Source: Candidatus Nomurabacteria bacterium
GTDB lineage: Bacteria > Patescibacteriota > Minisyncoccia > Phycocordibacterales > UBA9973
NCBI GenBank assembly: GCA_023267435.1
Contig: JAHFNH010000002.1
Location: 88,706 to 152,705 of the forward strand
Length of the DNA: 64,000 nucleotides
Direction of reading: 5' to 3'
In this document: piece after piece, positions 50,804-58,707 of the stretch
Layout: every line of letters starts with the position of its first letter
How positions within the stretch are numbered: the stretch's first letter is position 1
Notes under the pieces: model-generated
What the model was told of the DNA's origin: nothing
What the model saw: only the letters and a program-made list of their open reading frames with translations
Databases searched by the model: none
Program-made: the position numbers and the translations under genes

Positions 50804-52030
50804 ATGCCAAAAGTAAACCCAGCTATTGAAACATTCGCTCGCATTAAAGTCATCGGAGTCGGAGGTTCCGGAAAAAATGCCCTTAACCATATGATAATGA
50901 ATAAGGTGAAAGGCGTGGAATTTATCTGTATGAACACAGATACTCAAGACCTACACCACTCTCTAGCTGATAAGAAAATTCACATTGGAAAAAATTTAAC
51001 TAAAGGACTCGGAGCAGGAATGAATCCGGAAATCGGAAGAAAGGCTGCCGAGGAAACTAAGTCTGAAATCCAAGATGTGATCAAGGGAGCTGATATGGTT
51101 TTCATAGCATGCGGTTTGGGCGGAGGTACAGGCACTGGTGCAGCTCCGATTGTAGCTAGAGCGGCAAAAGAGCAAGGCATATTGACTGTCGCTGTCGTTA
51201 CCAAGCCATTCTTTTTCGAAGGCAGTCACAGAATGAAGTTGGCCGACAAGGGACTTGAGGAACTTTCCAAGGAAGTGGATGCAATCATCGTAATCCCTAA
51301 TGATAAACTTCTACAAATTTCCGACAAAAACACCAACTTCAAAGATGCTTTTGCTACTTGCGATGATGTTTTACGTCAAGCAGTAGAAGGCATTTCAGAC
51401 CTTATTACAACTCCAGGTATCATCAATGTAGACTTCGCTGATATAAAGACAATCATGGCTGATGCAGGAAGTGCACTTATGGGTATCGGTTCTGCTTCTG
51501 GCGAGAAGCGTGCTGAGAAGGCCGCACTTATGGCAATCAATTCACCTCTTCTCGAAGTATCTATCAACGGTGCAAGAGGCGTACTCTTTGCTATTTCCGG
51601 CGGGGATGATATTACAATCCACGAAATTCAAGAAGCGGCAAAAATAATTACCGAATCAATCGACAAAGATGCAAAAGTAATTTTCGGAACTATACGAGAT
51701 GAAAAATTAAAAAAAGGAGAATTAAAAGTTACAGTTATTGCTACCAGCTTCCCTACTGAAATGCCAAAGAAAAATCTTTTTAACTCCAACGCAAATCTAA
51801 ATCAGCCAATCTTAAAAGAAGACAACGCGATCACAGCCAAGAAAGAAATTCACAACAGTATTGTGAATCCAAATACACAAAATTCCAATACGCAAAACTC
51901 AAGCATGAATAATAATGACTTTGTGAGAAAAGTAGAAAAAAAGCCTGAAGTTGTTGAAGAAATAATCATCGAAGAAGATTCCGACGACTGGAGTGCTGTT
52001 CCAGCTTTCTTAAGAAGAAATAAAAAATAA
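50804..52030 (+). CDS. ftsZ: Cell division protein FtsZ
   Basis: GGGTGTG, NVDFAD, C-terminal VPAFLRR. Confidence 0.98.
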   Translation: MPKVNPAIETFARIKVIGVGGSGKNALNHMIMNKVKGVEFICMNTDTQDLHHSLADKKIHIGKNLTKGLGAGMNPEIGRKAAEETKSEIQDVIKGADMVFIACGLGGGTGTGAAPIVARAAKEQGILTVAVVTKPFFFEGSHRMKLADKGLEELSKEVDAIIVIPNDKLLQISDKNTNFKDAFATCDDVLRQAVEGISDLITTPGIINVDFADIKTIMADAGSALMGIGSASGEKRAEKAALMAINSPLLEVSINGARGVLFAISGGDDITIHEIQEAAKIITESIDKDAKVIFGTIRDEKLKKGELKVTVIATSFPTEMPKKNLFNSNANLNQPILKEDNAITAKKEIHNSIVNPNTQNSNTQNSSMNNNDFVRKVEKKPEVVEEIIIEEDSDDWSAVPAFLRRNKK

Positions 52031-52037
52031 TATACCT

Positions 52038-52964
52038 ATGATCTATGATTTAATCATTGTCGGAGGCGGACCTGCAGGAGTAGCTGCGGCTGTGTATGCT
52101 TCACGCAAGCGCCTCAACACCCTATTTTTAACTTCCGAATTCGGAGGGCAATCTGTCGTATCAGAAAATATCTATAATTGGATAGGATCAGTTTCTATCT
52201 CCGGCGCAGATCTCGCAAAAAATTTCAAAGCACATGTCACGGCAAATGCTGGTGATATGCTCCAAATAAAAGAAGGCGCCAAAGTTGATAGTATTTCAAA
52301 AGATGGAGATTTATTCAAAATAAAAACAAATTCCAACGAAGAATTTTCAACAAAAAGTTTACTCATTGCGACTGGAAGCGGACGCAGAAAATTGATCGCA
52401 AAAAATGCAGATGCTTTAGAACACAAAGGCATCACCTATTGCGCATCTTGTGATGGTCCGCTTTTTTCCGGTGCAGATGTTGTGGTGATCGGAGGAGGCA
52501 ATGCTGGTTTTGAAAGTGCAGCCCAGCTTCTCGCCTATTGTAATTCTGTAACTTTAATAAACAGAAGTAATGAATTTCGTGCGGATAAAATAACTGTTGA
52601 AAAATTACTTTCTAATCCAAAAATGAAAGTTATAAAAAATGTTGATATCTTGGAAATAAAAGGTGAAAAATTCGTAGAAGGACTCACCTATTTAGATAAA
52701 AATACAAACGAAACAAAAGAATTGAAAGTCACAGGTATCTTTGTAGAAATCGGTCAAATCCCCAACACGGACTGGGTTAAAGACTTGGTGGAGTTAGATG
52801 AAATAAATAGAGTTAAAATAGACCCTTGGACCAATCGCACCTCTGTGCCGGGCATCTGGGCAGCTGGAGACTGTACAAATATCCTCTATCATCAAAACAA
52901 TATCGCTGCTGGTGACGGAGTCAAAGCTCTCGAAGACATATATCTCTATTTACACGCAAAATAG
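52038..52964 (+). CDS. Thioredoxin reductase / AhpF C-terminal-like flavoprotein
   Basis: GGGPAG, CASCDG, GGGNAG, AAGD. Confidence 0.9.
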   Translation: MIYDLIIVGGGPAGVAAAVYASRKRLNTLFLTSEFGGQSVVSENIYNWIGSVSISGADLAKNFKAHVTANAGDMLQIKEGAKVDSISKDGDLFKIKTNSNEEFSTKSLLIATGSGRRKLIAKNADALEHKGITYCASCDGPLFSGADVVVIGGGNAGFESAAQLLAYCNSVTLINRSNEFRADKITVEKLLSNPKMKVIKNVDILEIKGEKFVEGLTYLDKNTNETKELKVTGIFVEIGQIPNTDWVKDLVELDEINRVKIDPWTNRTSVPGIWAAGDCTNILYHQNNIAAGDGVKALEDIYLYLHAK

Positions 52965-53015
52965 AAAAAATAAAAACCGATCTGTGATCGGTTTTTTTAA
53001 TTATTTATAACTATT

Positions 53016-53561
53016 TTAGTTGTATTGCATTCTACCTTGAAAATGAATTTGTAATTTCTTAACTGATTCATGTAAATCGAAAGTTTGATCGTCTTTTTTT
53101 TCGAATACTATTTTTATAAGTTCCGCATCTTGTGTGTTTTTTTCTTTTTGTAAATTTTTCTGTTTTTGCAGATCTTTAATCATTGAAAATAAAAGAGGGG
53201 CAAGGTCTTCGAATATACATTCATAATGACATATTTTTCCCTTACCAAAAATTTCTTCTCTGTAATTGCCAGTCGCAATTAACTTTCCCTTGAATTCCTC
53301 GTCTGATCGCATTTGTTTTACAAAAGGTAGAGTTTCAGCATGACGACAATTTTCCAAAATCGAAGTAATTATTACAAAGTCTAACTTATTCTTATTTAAC
53401 TCAAAAATTTCTTTAGCACTTTTTAACGATTTTGCTCGTAATAAATTGCAAAAATTTCCAATTTTAATTTCACACTGTCCGTAAAGATAAGAACTGGTTA
53501 TAATTACAAGAACATTTACATCTTTAGTAAATTGTCCGTCTGGTTTATTTTCTTTTGTCAT
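53016..53561 (-). CDS. Hypothetical protein, possible pseudo-receiver
   Basis: Start at MTKENK (upstream part overlaps tRNA-Ser); CheY-like beta/alpha pattern. Confidence 0.55.
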   Translation of the reverse strand: MTKENKPDGQFTKDVNVLVIITSSYLYGQCEIKIGNFCNLLRAKSLKSAKEIFELNKNKLDFVIITSILENCRHAETLPFVKQMRSDEEFKGKLIATGNYREEIFGKGKICHYECIFEDLAPLLFSMIKDLQKQKNLQKEKNTQDAELIKIVFEKKDDQTFDLHESVKKLQIHFQGRMQYN

Positions 53562-53632
53562 AGAGCTATAAATTAAGGTTAGTACTAGAATATCTTGAGA
53601 AAGTATAGCACAATCAAACACTAATGTCAATG

Positions 53633-53719
53633 CGGAAGCGGTGAGATTTGAACTCACGATGAGGTTTCCCCCATGCTGGTTTTCGAAACCAGTGCCTTCA
53701 ACCACTCAGCCACGCTTCC
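53633..53719 (-). tRNA. tRNA-Ser(CGA)
   Basis: GGAAGCG/CGCTTCC acceptor, CTGGT-TTCGAAA-ACCAG, long variable arm. Confidence 0.95.
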
Positions 53720-53765
53720 GTTAAAAGCTTTTTACAACAACATATATTATGTTAGCTGTCAACTG

Positions 53766-53837
53766 TGACCCTACAGAGAATCGAACTCTGATTACCGCCT
53801 TGAAAAGGCGATGTCCTAACCGTTAGACGATAGGGCC
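53766..53837 (-). tRNA. tRNA-Glu(TTC)
   Basis: GGCCCTA/TAGGGTC acceptor, TCGCC-TTTTCAA-GGCGG. Confidence 0.94.
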
Positions 53838-53927
53838 ATCCAAATAACTTAACCAATATAACATTTTTATAATAAAATGCAAAAAATCCCCACAAATTTT
53901 GTGGGGATTTTTGATCAAACTAAAATT

Positions 53928-54758
53928 TTATTTTGTAAACAAAGGAACAATGGCTAACGAAAGAAGAATCAAACATACTCCCACATCCAAAAAATTCTTT
54001 TGGATAATACGATATCTTTCCGTATAAACAAAAGACACCAGAACAAAAAAACAAATAAAACAGCCAAGCGAAAAAGTTATTGTAAAAAAATACTCATTAT
54101 TCTTTGGCAATGTAAATAAACAAGCAAAAAGTCCGACAAGTATGAAAGACGCGACCAGTCTGATTATTTCACTTTCAGATAATCCTTTCTCTGTTATTTG
54201 TTCTTTTTTATGGCGCTTTTCCATATCTTTAAGAATTTCCCGCCCAAGAACAACACAAAAAACAAATACAAAGAAAGCTATACATTTCCCCGCCCCGATA
54301 TCATCTATATTAAATGCAAATAATATGGGTAAACTATTTGCTATCGCAGTTAATATTGTCGAGAAAAAATAAAATCGCCTAACACTAGGCAAAAATATTC
54401 CAATAACAATACAAACAAGCAACAAGATGCTTTGATGGTGAGAAAATGAAAATCTGGAATAAGACAACAAAACAGCGGCTATCCATAACAATGAAAGAAT
54501 CATCGAGAAAAAAATTCTATCATTATTATTCATAATGTATTTACTTTTTTCAGGATTATGATTTCTTTCATAAAAATCATTCCAGGTAACTCTGGCCAAG
54601 GTTATGATAAATACTGTAAAAGTTATAAGCAAATAATCTTGTGTTAACCAGAAATCCTTACTGCCGGATAAAACAAAACTGATATGTATTAACAATACGG
54701 ACAATAATGCCACGGACAGCCTGAGGCCACCGAAGCATCTGAATAAATGTTTCGTCAT
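53928..54758 (-). CDS. Degenerate UbiA prenyltransferase-like membrane protein
   Basis: About 8-9 TM; WNDFYE and GREILKDME at the positions of the two UbiA acidic motifs. Confidence 0.6.
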   Translation of the reverse strand: MTKHLFRCFGGLRLSVALLSVLLIHISFVLSGSKDFWLTQDYLLITFTVFIITLARVTWNDFYERNHNPEKSKYIMNNNDRIFFSMILSLLWIAAVLLSYSRFSFSHHQSILLLVCIVIGIFLPSVRRFYFFSTILTAIANSLPILFAFNIDDIGAGKCIAFFVFVFCVVLGREILKDMEKRHKKEQITEKGLSESEIIRLVASFILVGLFACLFTLPKNNEYFFTITFSLGCFICFFVLVSFVYTERYRIIQKNFLDVGVCLILLSLAIVPLFTK

Positions 54759-54895
54759 ATTTAGGGAGTTTTATGTTGTTTATTTTTCAGTGAACTTTTT
54801 TCTTTTTATACATTAACATAAAAAATACGATTTAGCAAATTAAAAATTACTTAAAAAGCTTTTCTTTTTCAAGAAAAAAGAGTAAATTTGTCTAT

Positions 54896-55645
54896 ATGCT
54901 AAATAATCAAGAAAAAATAAAGATTGTCATCTTGGCTGGTGGCAAAGGAAAAAGAATGCAAAGCGAATTACCGAAGGTGCTTATGCCTTTGAAAAACAAG
55001 CCGATGATTTCCCATATAGTTTCAGAAATAAAAAAAATTTCAGATGAAAAGCCGATAGCCATCGTCGGACACAAAGCAGAACTGGTGCAATCCGAACTTG
55101 GTGATTTATGTTTTTATGCACTTCAAGAAGAACAGCTCGGCACAGGCCATGCAGTCTCTTGTGCTAAAGGTGACTGCGCCGATGCTGAACAAATCGTAGT
55201 TCTTTCTGGAGATCAGCCTTTCATTTCAGCAAAGACAATAGTGAACCTGATAGAGAAACAATTAGACTCAAAGTCAAAAATAACTTTCGCTACGACCGAA
55301 GTCCCCGACTTTTTTGATTGGCGCAAAGCGTTTCTTGCTCTCGGAAGAATTCTGCGTAAAGATGGCGAAGTCGTCGGTATTAAAGAATACAAAGACGCGA
55401 CAGAAGAAGAAAAGGAAATAAAAGAAATAAATGTCGGATGCTATTGTTTTGAAGCAAAATGGCTTTGGGAAAATTTAGAGAAAATAAATAACGACAACAA
55501 TCAGAAAGAATATTACCTGACCGATCTTTTAAAGATAGCAAAAAGCGAGGAAGAAAAAATCGAAACAATTAAGATAGATAATCACGAAGCCTTGGGAGCA
55601 AATTCCAAAGAAGAACTTGAGATATTAGAGAACTTTGCTGTATAA
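54896..55645 (+). CDS. GlmU-type nucleotidyltransferase (N-terminal domain only)
   Basis: LAGGKGKRM, LPKV, QLGTGHAV, EYYLTD. Confidence 0.88.
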   Translation: MLNNQEKIKIVILAGGKGKRMQSELPKVLMPLKNKPMISHIVSEIKKISDEKPIAIVGHKAELVQSELGDLCFYALQEEQLGTGHAVSCAKGDCADAEQIVVLSGDQPFISAKTIVNLIEKQLDSKSKITFATTEVPDFFDWRKAFLALGRILRKDGEVVGIKEYKDATEEEKEIKEINVGCYCFEAKWLWENLEKINNDNNQKEYYLTDLLKIAKSEEEKIETIKIDNHEALGANSKEELEILENFAV

Positions 55646-55713
55646 AATATAGAAAATAAAAAAAACACCCCTAATTAACAAGAGTGTTTTATACTTAAAC
55701 TAGAACGAAAATT

Positions 55714-56187
55714 TTATTTACTATCCAATAAATTCTTAACCGCCATTTTTATTTTACCATCTAAAAATATAGATAAATTTGGATCACCATCATGAGAAGT
55801 TCCTGGACATGGTAAATTTAAAAAATCTTCCCAACGAATATATCTTCCTTGATAAGCAGAATTGCCTCCATATCTTTCAATCAACCATTCTGACCCATTA
55901 GGACAATAATCAGATAAACCAAATGCACCACTGAGAGCTTTTTTATTAAGAATTATTATTCCCTCAATACTTTCCCTAATAGAAAACCTTATTTCGTATT
56001 TTAATTGGAATTTGCCTTTTTCTTCTTCTTTCGTAATAGTTAAATTGGCAACATCACCATTTTTAAGATATACATAAACATCACTACTAACAACAACCTT
56101 CATTTTTATTCCGTGACGATTATACCAATCAGGAAAAAATGAATTAGAAAGTTTTGGAATTTTTGATTTTACAGTTTGTGTTTCCAT
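55714..56187 (-). CDS. Hypothetical protein
   Basis: 157-aa ORF with own promoter and terminator. Confidence 0.7.
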   Translation of the reverse strand: METQTVKSKIPKLSNSFFPDWYNRHGIKMKVVVSSDVYVYLKNGDVANLTITKEEEKGKFQLKYEIRFSIRESIEGIIILNKKALSGAFGLSDYCPNGSEWLIERYGGNSAYQGRYIRWEDFLNLPCPGTSHDGDPNLSIFLDGKIKMAVKNLLDSK

Positions 56188-56307
56188 TTTTTTAGTTTTT
56201 AGTTAGACATAAATTTAGTTAATTTTCTCAACCCTCATAAAGGAGCTGGGAAAATCAACCAAATAGCCTGCTAAAACAAATATTTCAAACAACTGAATCT
56301 TGTCATT

Positions 56308-56353
56308 ATATTATCAAACATTTATTGACTCGTCAATATTTTTGTGATATTGT
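56308..56353. promoter_or_regulatory. Back-to-back divergent promoters centred on TTGACTCGTCAA
   Basis: Minus TTGACG-17-TAATAT; plus TTGACT-17-TATTGT. Confidence 0.7.
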
Positions 56354-56399
56354 TTGGATAAATAAATTTGTTATTGTTAAACCTTAAAAACTAAATATC

Positions 56400-56822
56400 A
56401 TGTTAAACATAAATCGTTTCAATAATGAAACTAAGGAAATCATCAATCTGATAATCAATTGTTGGCCAATGCGGTACGCTGGCAAAAATGAAAACGTCCA
56501 AAAAGATATTGAAAAAACGATCAAGAATCTTAAACGGATGAGGAAAGAAAACCTCAATGGTATTCTTAGTCTTGGTGGTTCAATTGAAGAATATCTTGAT
56601 GCACTTGCCATTTGCGAGAAAAACAAAGAATTATTATCACAAGCCATATTTTCAAGCTTTATTGCAGAAAAGAAAAAAATTGAAATGTACCAAAGATTTC
56701 AAAATGCCAAACTTGGTTTAATTGAAGAACTGCTTGAACGTAAACAAATTACTTCCAGAACAGCTCAATACTTAAGACGATGGAAAAGTTTGGGTAAGGG
56801 TTCAGAAAGTTCATTTATTTGA
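56400..56822 (+). CDS. Hypothetical helical protein
   Basis: 140-aa ORF, terminator near 56838-56868. Confidence 0.7.
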   Translation: MLNINRFNNETKEIINLIINCWPMRYAGKNENVQKDIEKTIKNLKRMRKENLNGILSLGGSIEEYLDALAICEKNKELLSQAIFSSFIAEKKKIEMYQRFQNAKLGLIEELLERKQITSRTAQYLRRWKSLGKGSESSFI

Positions 56823-56920
56823 TACATGGTTTAAATTAAAGCTCCACAGAAATGTGAGAGCTTTTTTATTTTCCTAAAATATTTGATAATTTACTAAAAA
56901 ATAGCTATTATAGGTTACAT

Positions 56921-56993
56921 GCGCGGTTAGCTCAGTTGGTAGAGCGACCCCTTGACGTGGGGTAGGTCACAGGTTCGAATCCTGTATCGCGCA
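56921..56993 (+). tRNA. tRNA-Val(GAC)
   Basis: GCGCGGT/ATCGCGC acceptor, ACCCC-TTGACGT-GGGGT. Confidence 0.95.
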
Positions 56994-57122
56994 CAAAAGG
57001 CTTATTTTTTAAGCATATTAAAGGGCTTGACAAGTTGTATATTATCTGATATACTTGGTTCAGATAAGATCATTAAACCAAAAAACAAGTCCTGCTGAGT
57101 CAAGTAGGTGGGCAAAAGAAAA

Positions 57123-57452
57123 ATGAAAAAGAAAGTAAAAGTTTTCGCAATGACCATTGGGTTTTTTGCACTAATTGCATTAGTACAAATAAATTTAGCT
57201 GGAGGGATCACTTCCGATAATATGATTGCTACCGGTGTTTACATGTTTGCTGGAATAGCGTTAGGATTTTTATTATGTTCTCCTTTCAGTAAAAAGGAAG
57301 TAAATAAAGATGTAACTACCGCTATCAGGACAAGTAACAAACCGGTACACTTCAGAGATATCAAATACCGAAACATTAAAGGACAAAGAAATGTGAGAAG
57401 TACTGAAAAATCTTTGCAAGTATCAGAATGTGACATAGCGATGCGAAATTAA
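57123..57452 (+). CDS. Hypothetical two-TM protein
   Basis: TTGACA-17-TATACT promoter; terminator near 57457-57490. Confidence 0.7.
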   Translation: MKKKVKVFAMTIGFFALIALVQINLAGGITSDNMIATGVYMFAGIALGFLLCSPFSKKEVNKDVTTAIRTSNKPVHFRDIKYRNIKGQRNVRSTEKSLQVSECDIAMRN

Positions 57453-57588
57453 AATTAGGGGTTCATGAAATAATTCATGAACCCCTTTTTATTTTGCAAT
57501 TTTTATAAATTTTTATCTTTAAACACTTCCCCTTTCAAAAAAGATCTTATTTTGATAGTATAAACGAACGTTTTAATTAATGACATAT

Positions 57589-58677
57589 ATGAAAATACTC
57601 GCAATCGAAACATCCTGCGACGAAACAGGAATAAGTATATTGGAAATAAAAGGAGGAATTAAAAATCCTTCTTTTAGAGTTTTGGCGGACAGCTTGAATT
57701 CTCAAATAAAAATACACGCTCCTTTCGGTGGAGTGTACCCCATGCTAGCCAAAAGAGAACATCAAAAAAATCTTCCGATTTTATTTGAAAGAACATTAAA
57801 AAAAGCGGGTAAAAAAATCGCCTCTTCGGCGATCCGCCGTAGAGGCGGAAAACTATTTGATTTAATAGCTGTCACTTCCGGCCCAGGCCTCGAACCTGCA
57901 CTTTGGACAGGAATAATGTTCGCGCAAGAACTAGCTAAAAAATGGAAAGTTCCCATTGTACCAGTTAATCATATGGAAGGTCATATTCTTTCTGTATTTG
58001 GAAAACAAAAAGGTGAATTCTCCATTCCAAAAATAAAATTCCCTATTCTTTCCTTGCTTGTTTCCGGCGGACATACGGAATTGGTGCTTTCAAAAGATTG
58101 GATGAAATACGAAGTCATCGGCGAGACACTGGATGATGCAGCTGGAGAGGCTTTTGATAAAGTTGCCAGAATGCTCGAACTTCCCTATCCTGGCGGACCG
58201 GAAATTTCAAAGCTGGCAGAACAAGGCAGGAAAACTTTTAAAAATCTTCCGGAAGAAATAAAATTACCTCGCCCGATGATGTACAGTAAAAATTTTGATT
58301 TTTCTTTTTCTGGATTAAAAACTGCCGTATTATACCTAACTCAGAAAATTGGAAAATTAAACGACAAAACTAAAAAGCAGATAGCAACAGAATTTGAAAA
58401 TGCCGTAGTTGAAACTTTAATTTACAAAACAAAAAAAGCTATAGAAAAATACAATATCAAAACAATCGTGGTGGCGGGCGGGGTATCTTCTAATAAACAT
58501 TTAAGAAAAGAAATAAAAAAAATGGTAGGGTTGAAACAAAAAATTCTATTTCCTGGCAAAAAACTTTCTACCGATAATTCTGTGATGATAGGCATAACAG
58601 GATATTTCAGATTTATAAAAAAAGGAAAAAAAATCGGCGCCTCAAAAATAAAAGCTGAAGGATATATGCACCTTTAA
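57589..58677 (+). CDS. tsaD: tRNA t6A threonylcarbamoyltransferase TsaD
   Basis: AIETSCDET, HMEGH, VSGGHT, DDAAGEAFDK, FSFSGLKT, TDN. Confidence 0.97.
   Translation: MKILAIETSCDETGISILEIKGGIKNPSFRVLADSLNSQIKIHAPFGGVYPMLAKREHQKNLPILFERTLKKAGKKIASSAIRRRGGKLFDLIAVTSGPGLEPALWTGIMFAQELAKKWKVPIVPVNHMEGHILSVFGKQKGEFSIPKIKFPILSLLVSGGHTELVLSKDWMKYEVIGETLDDAAGEAFDKVARMLELPYPGGPEISKLAEQGRKTFKNLPEEIKLPRPMMYSKNFDFSFSGLKTAVLYLTQKIGKLNDKTKKQIATEFENAVVETLIYKTKKAIEKYNIKTIVVAGGVSSNKHLRKEIKKMVGLKQKILFPGKKLSTDNSVMIGITGYFRFIKKGKKIGASKIKAEGYMHL
57817..57849. repeat. Family A element in frame in tsaD (IASSAIRRRGG)
   Basis: atcgcc-tcttc-ggcgat ccgcc-gtaga-ggcgg. Confidence 0.85.
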
Positions 58678-58707
58678 AAAATAACTTAAAAATGCTATAT
58701 TATAAGG

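Noticed and set aside
53562-53705. ORF extension through tRNA-Ser
   Set aside because: Read-through of a tRNA gene; the likely start is 53561
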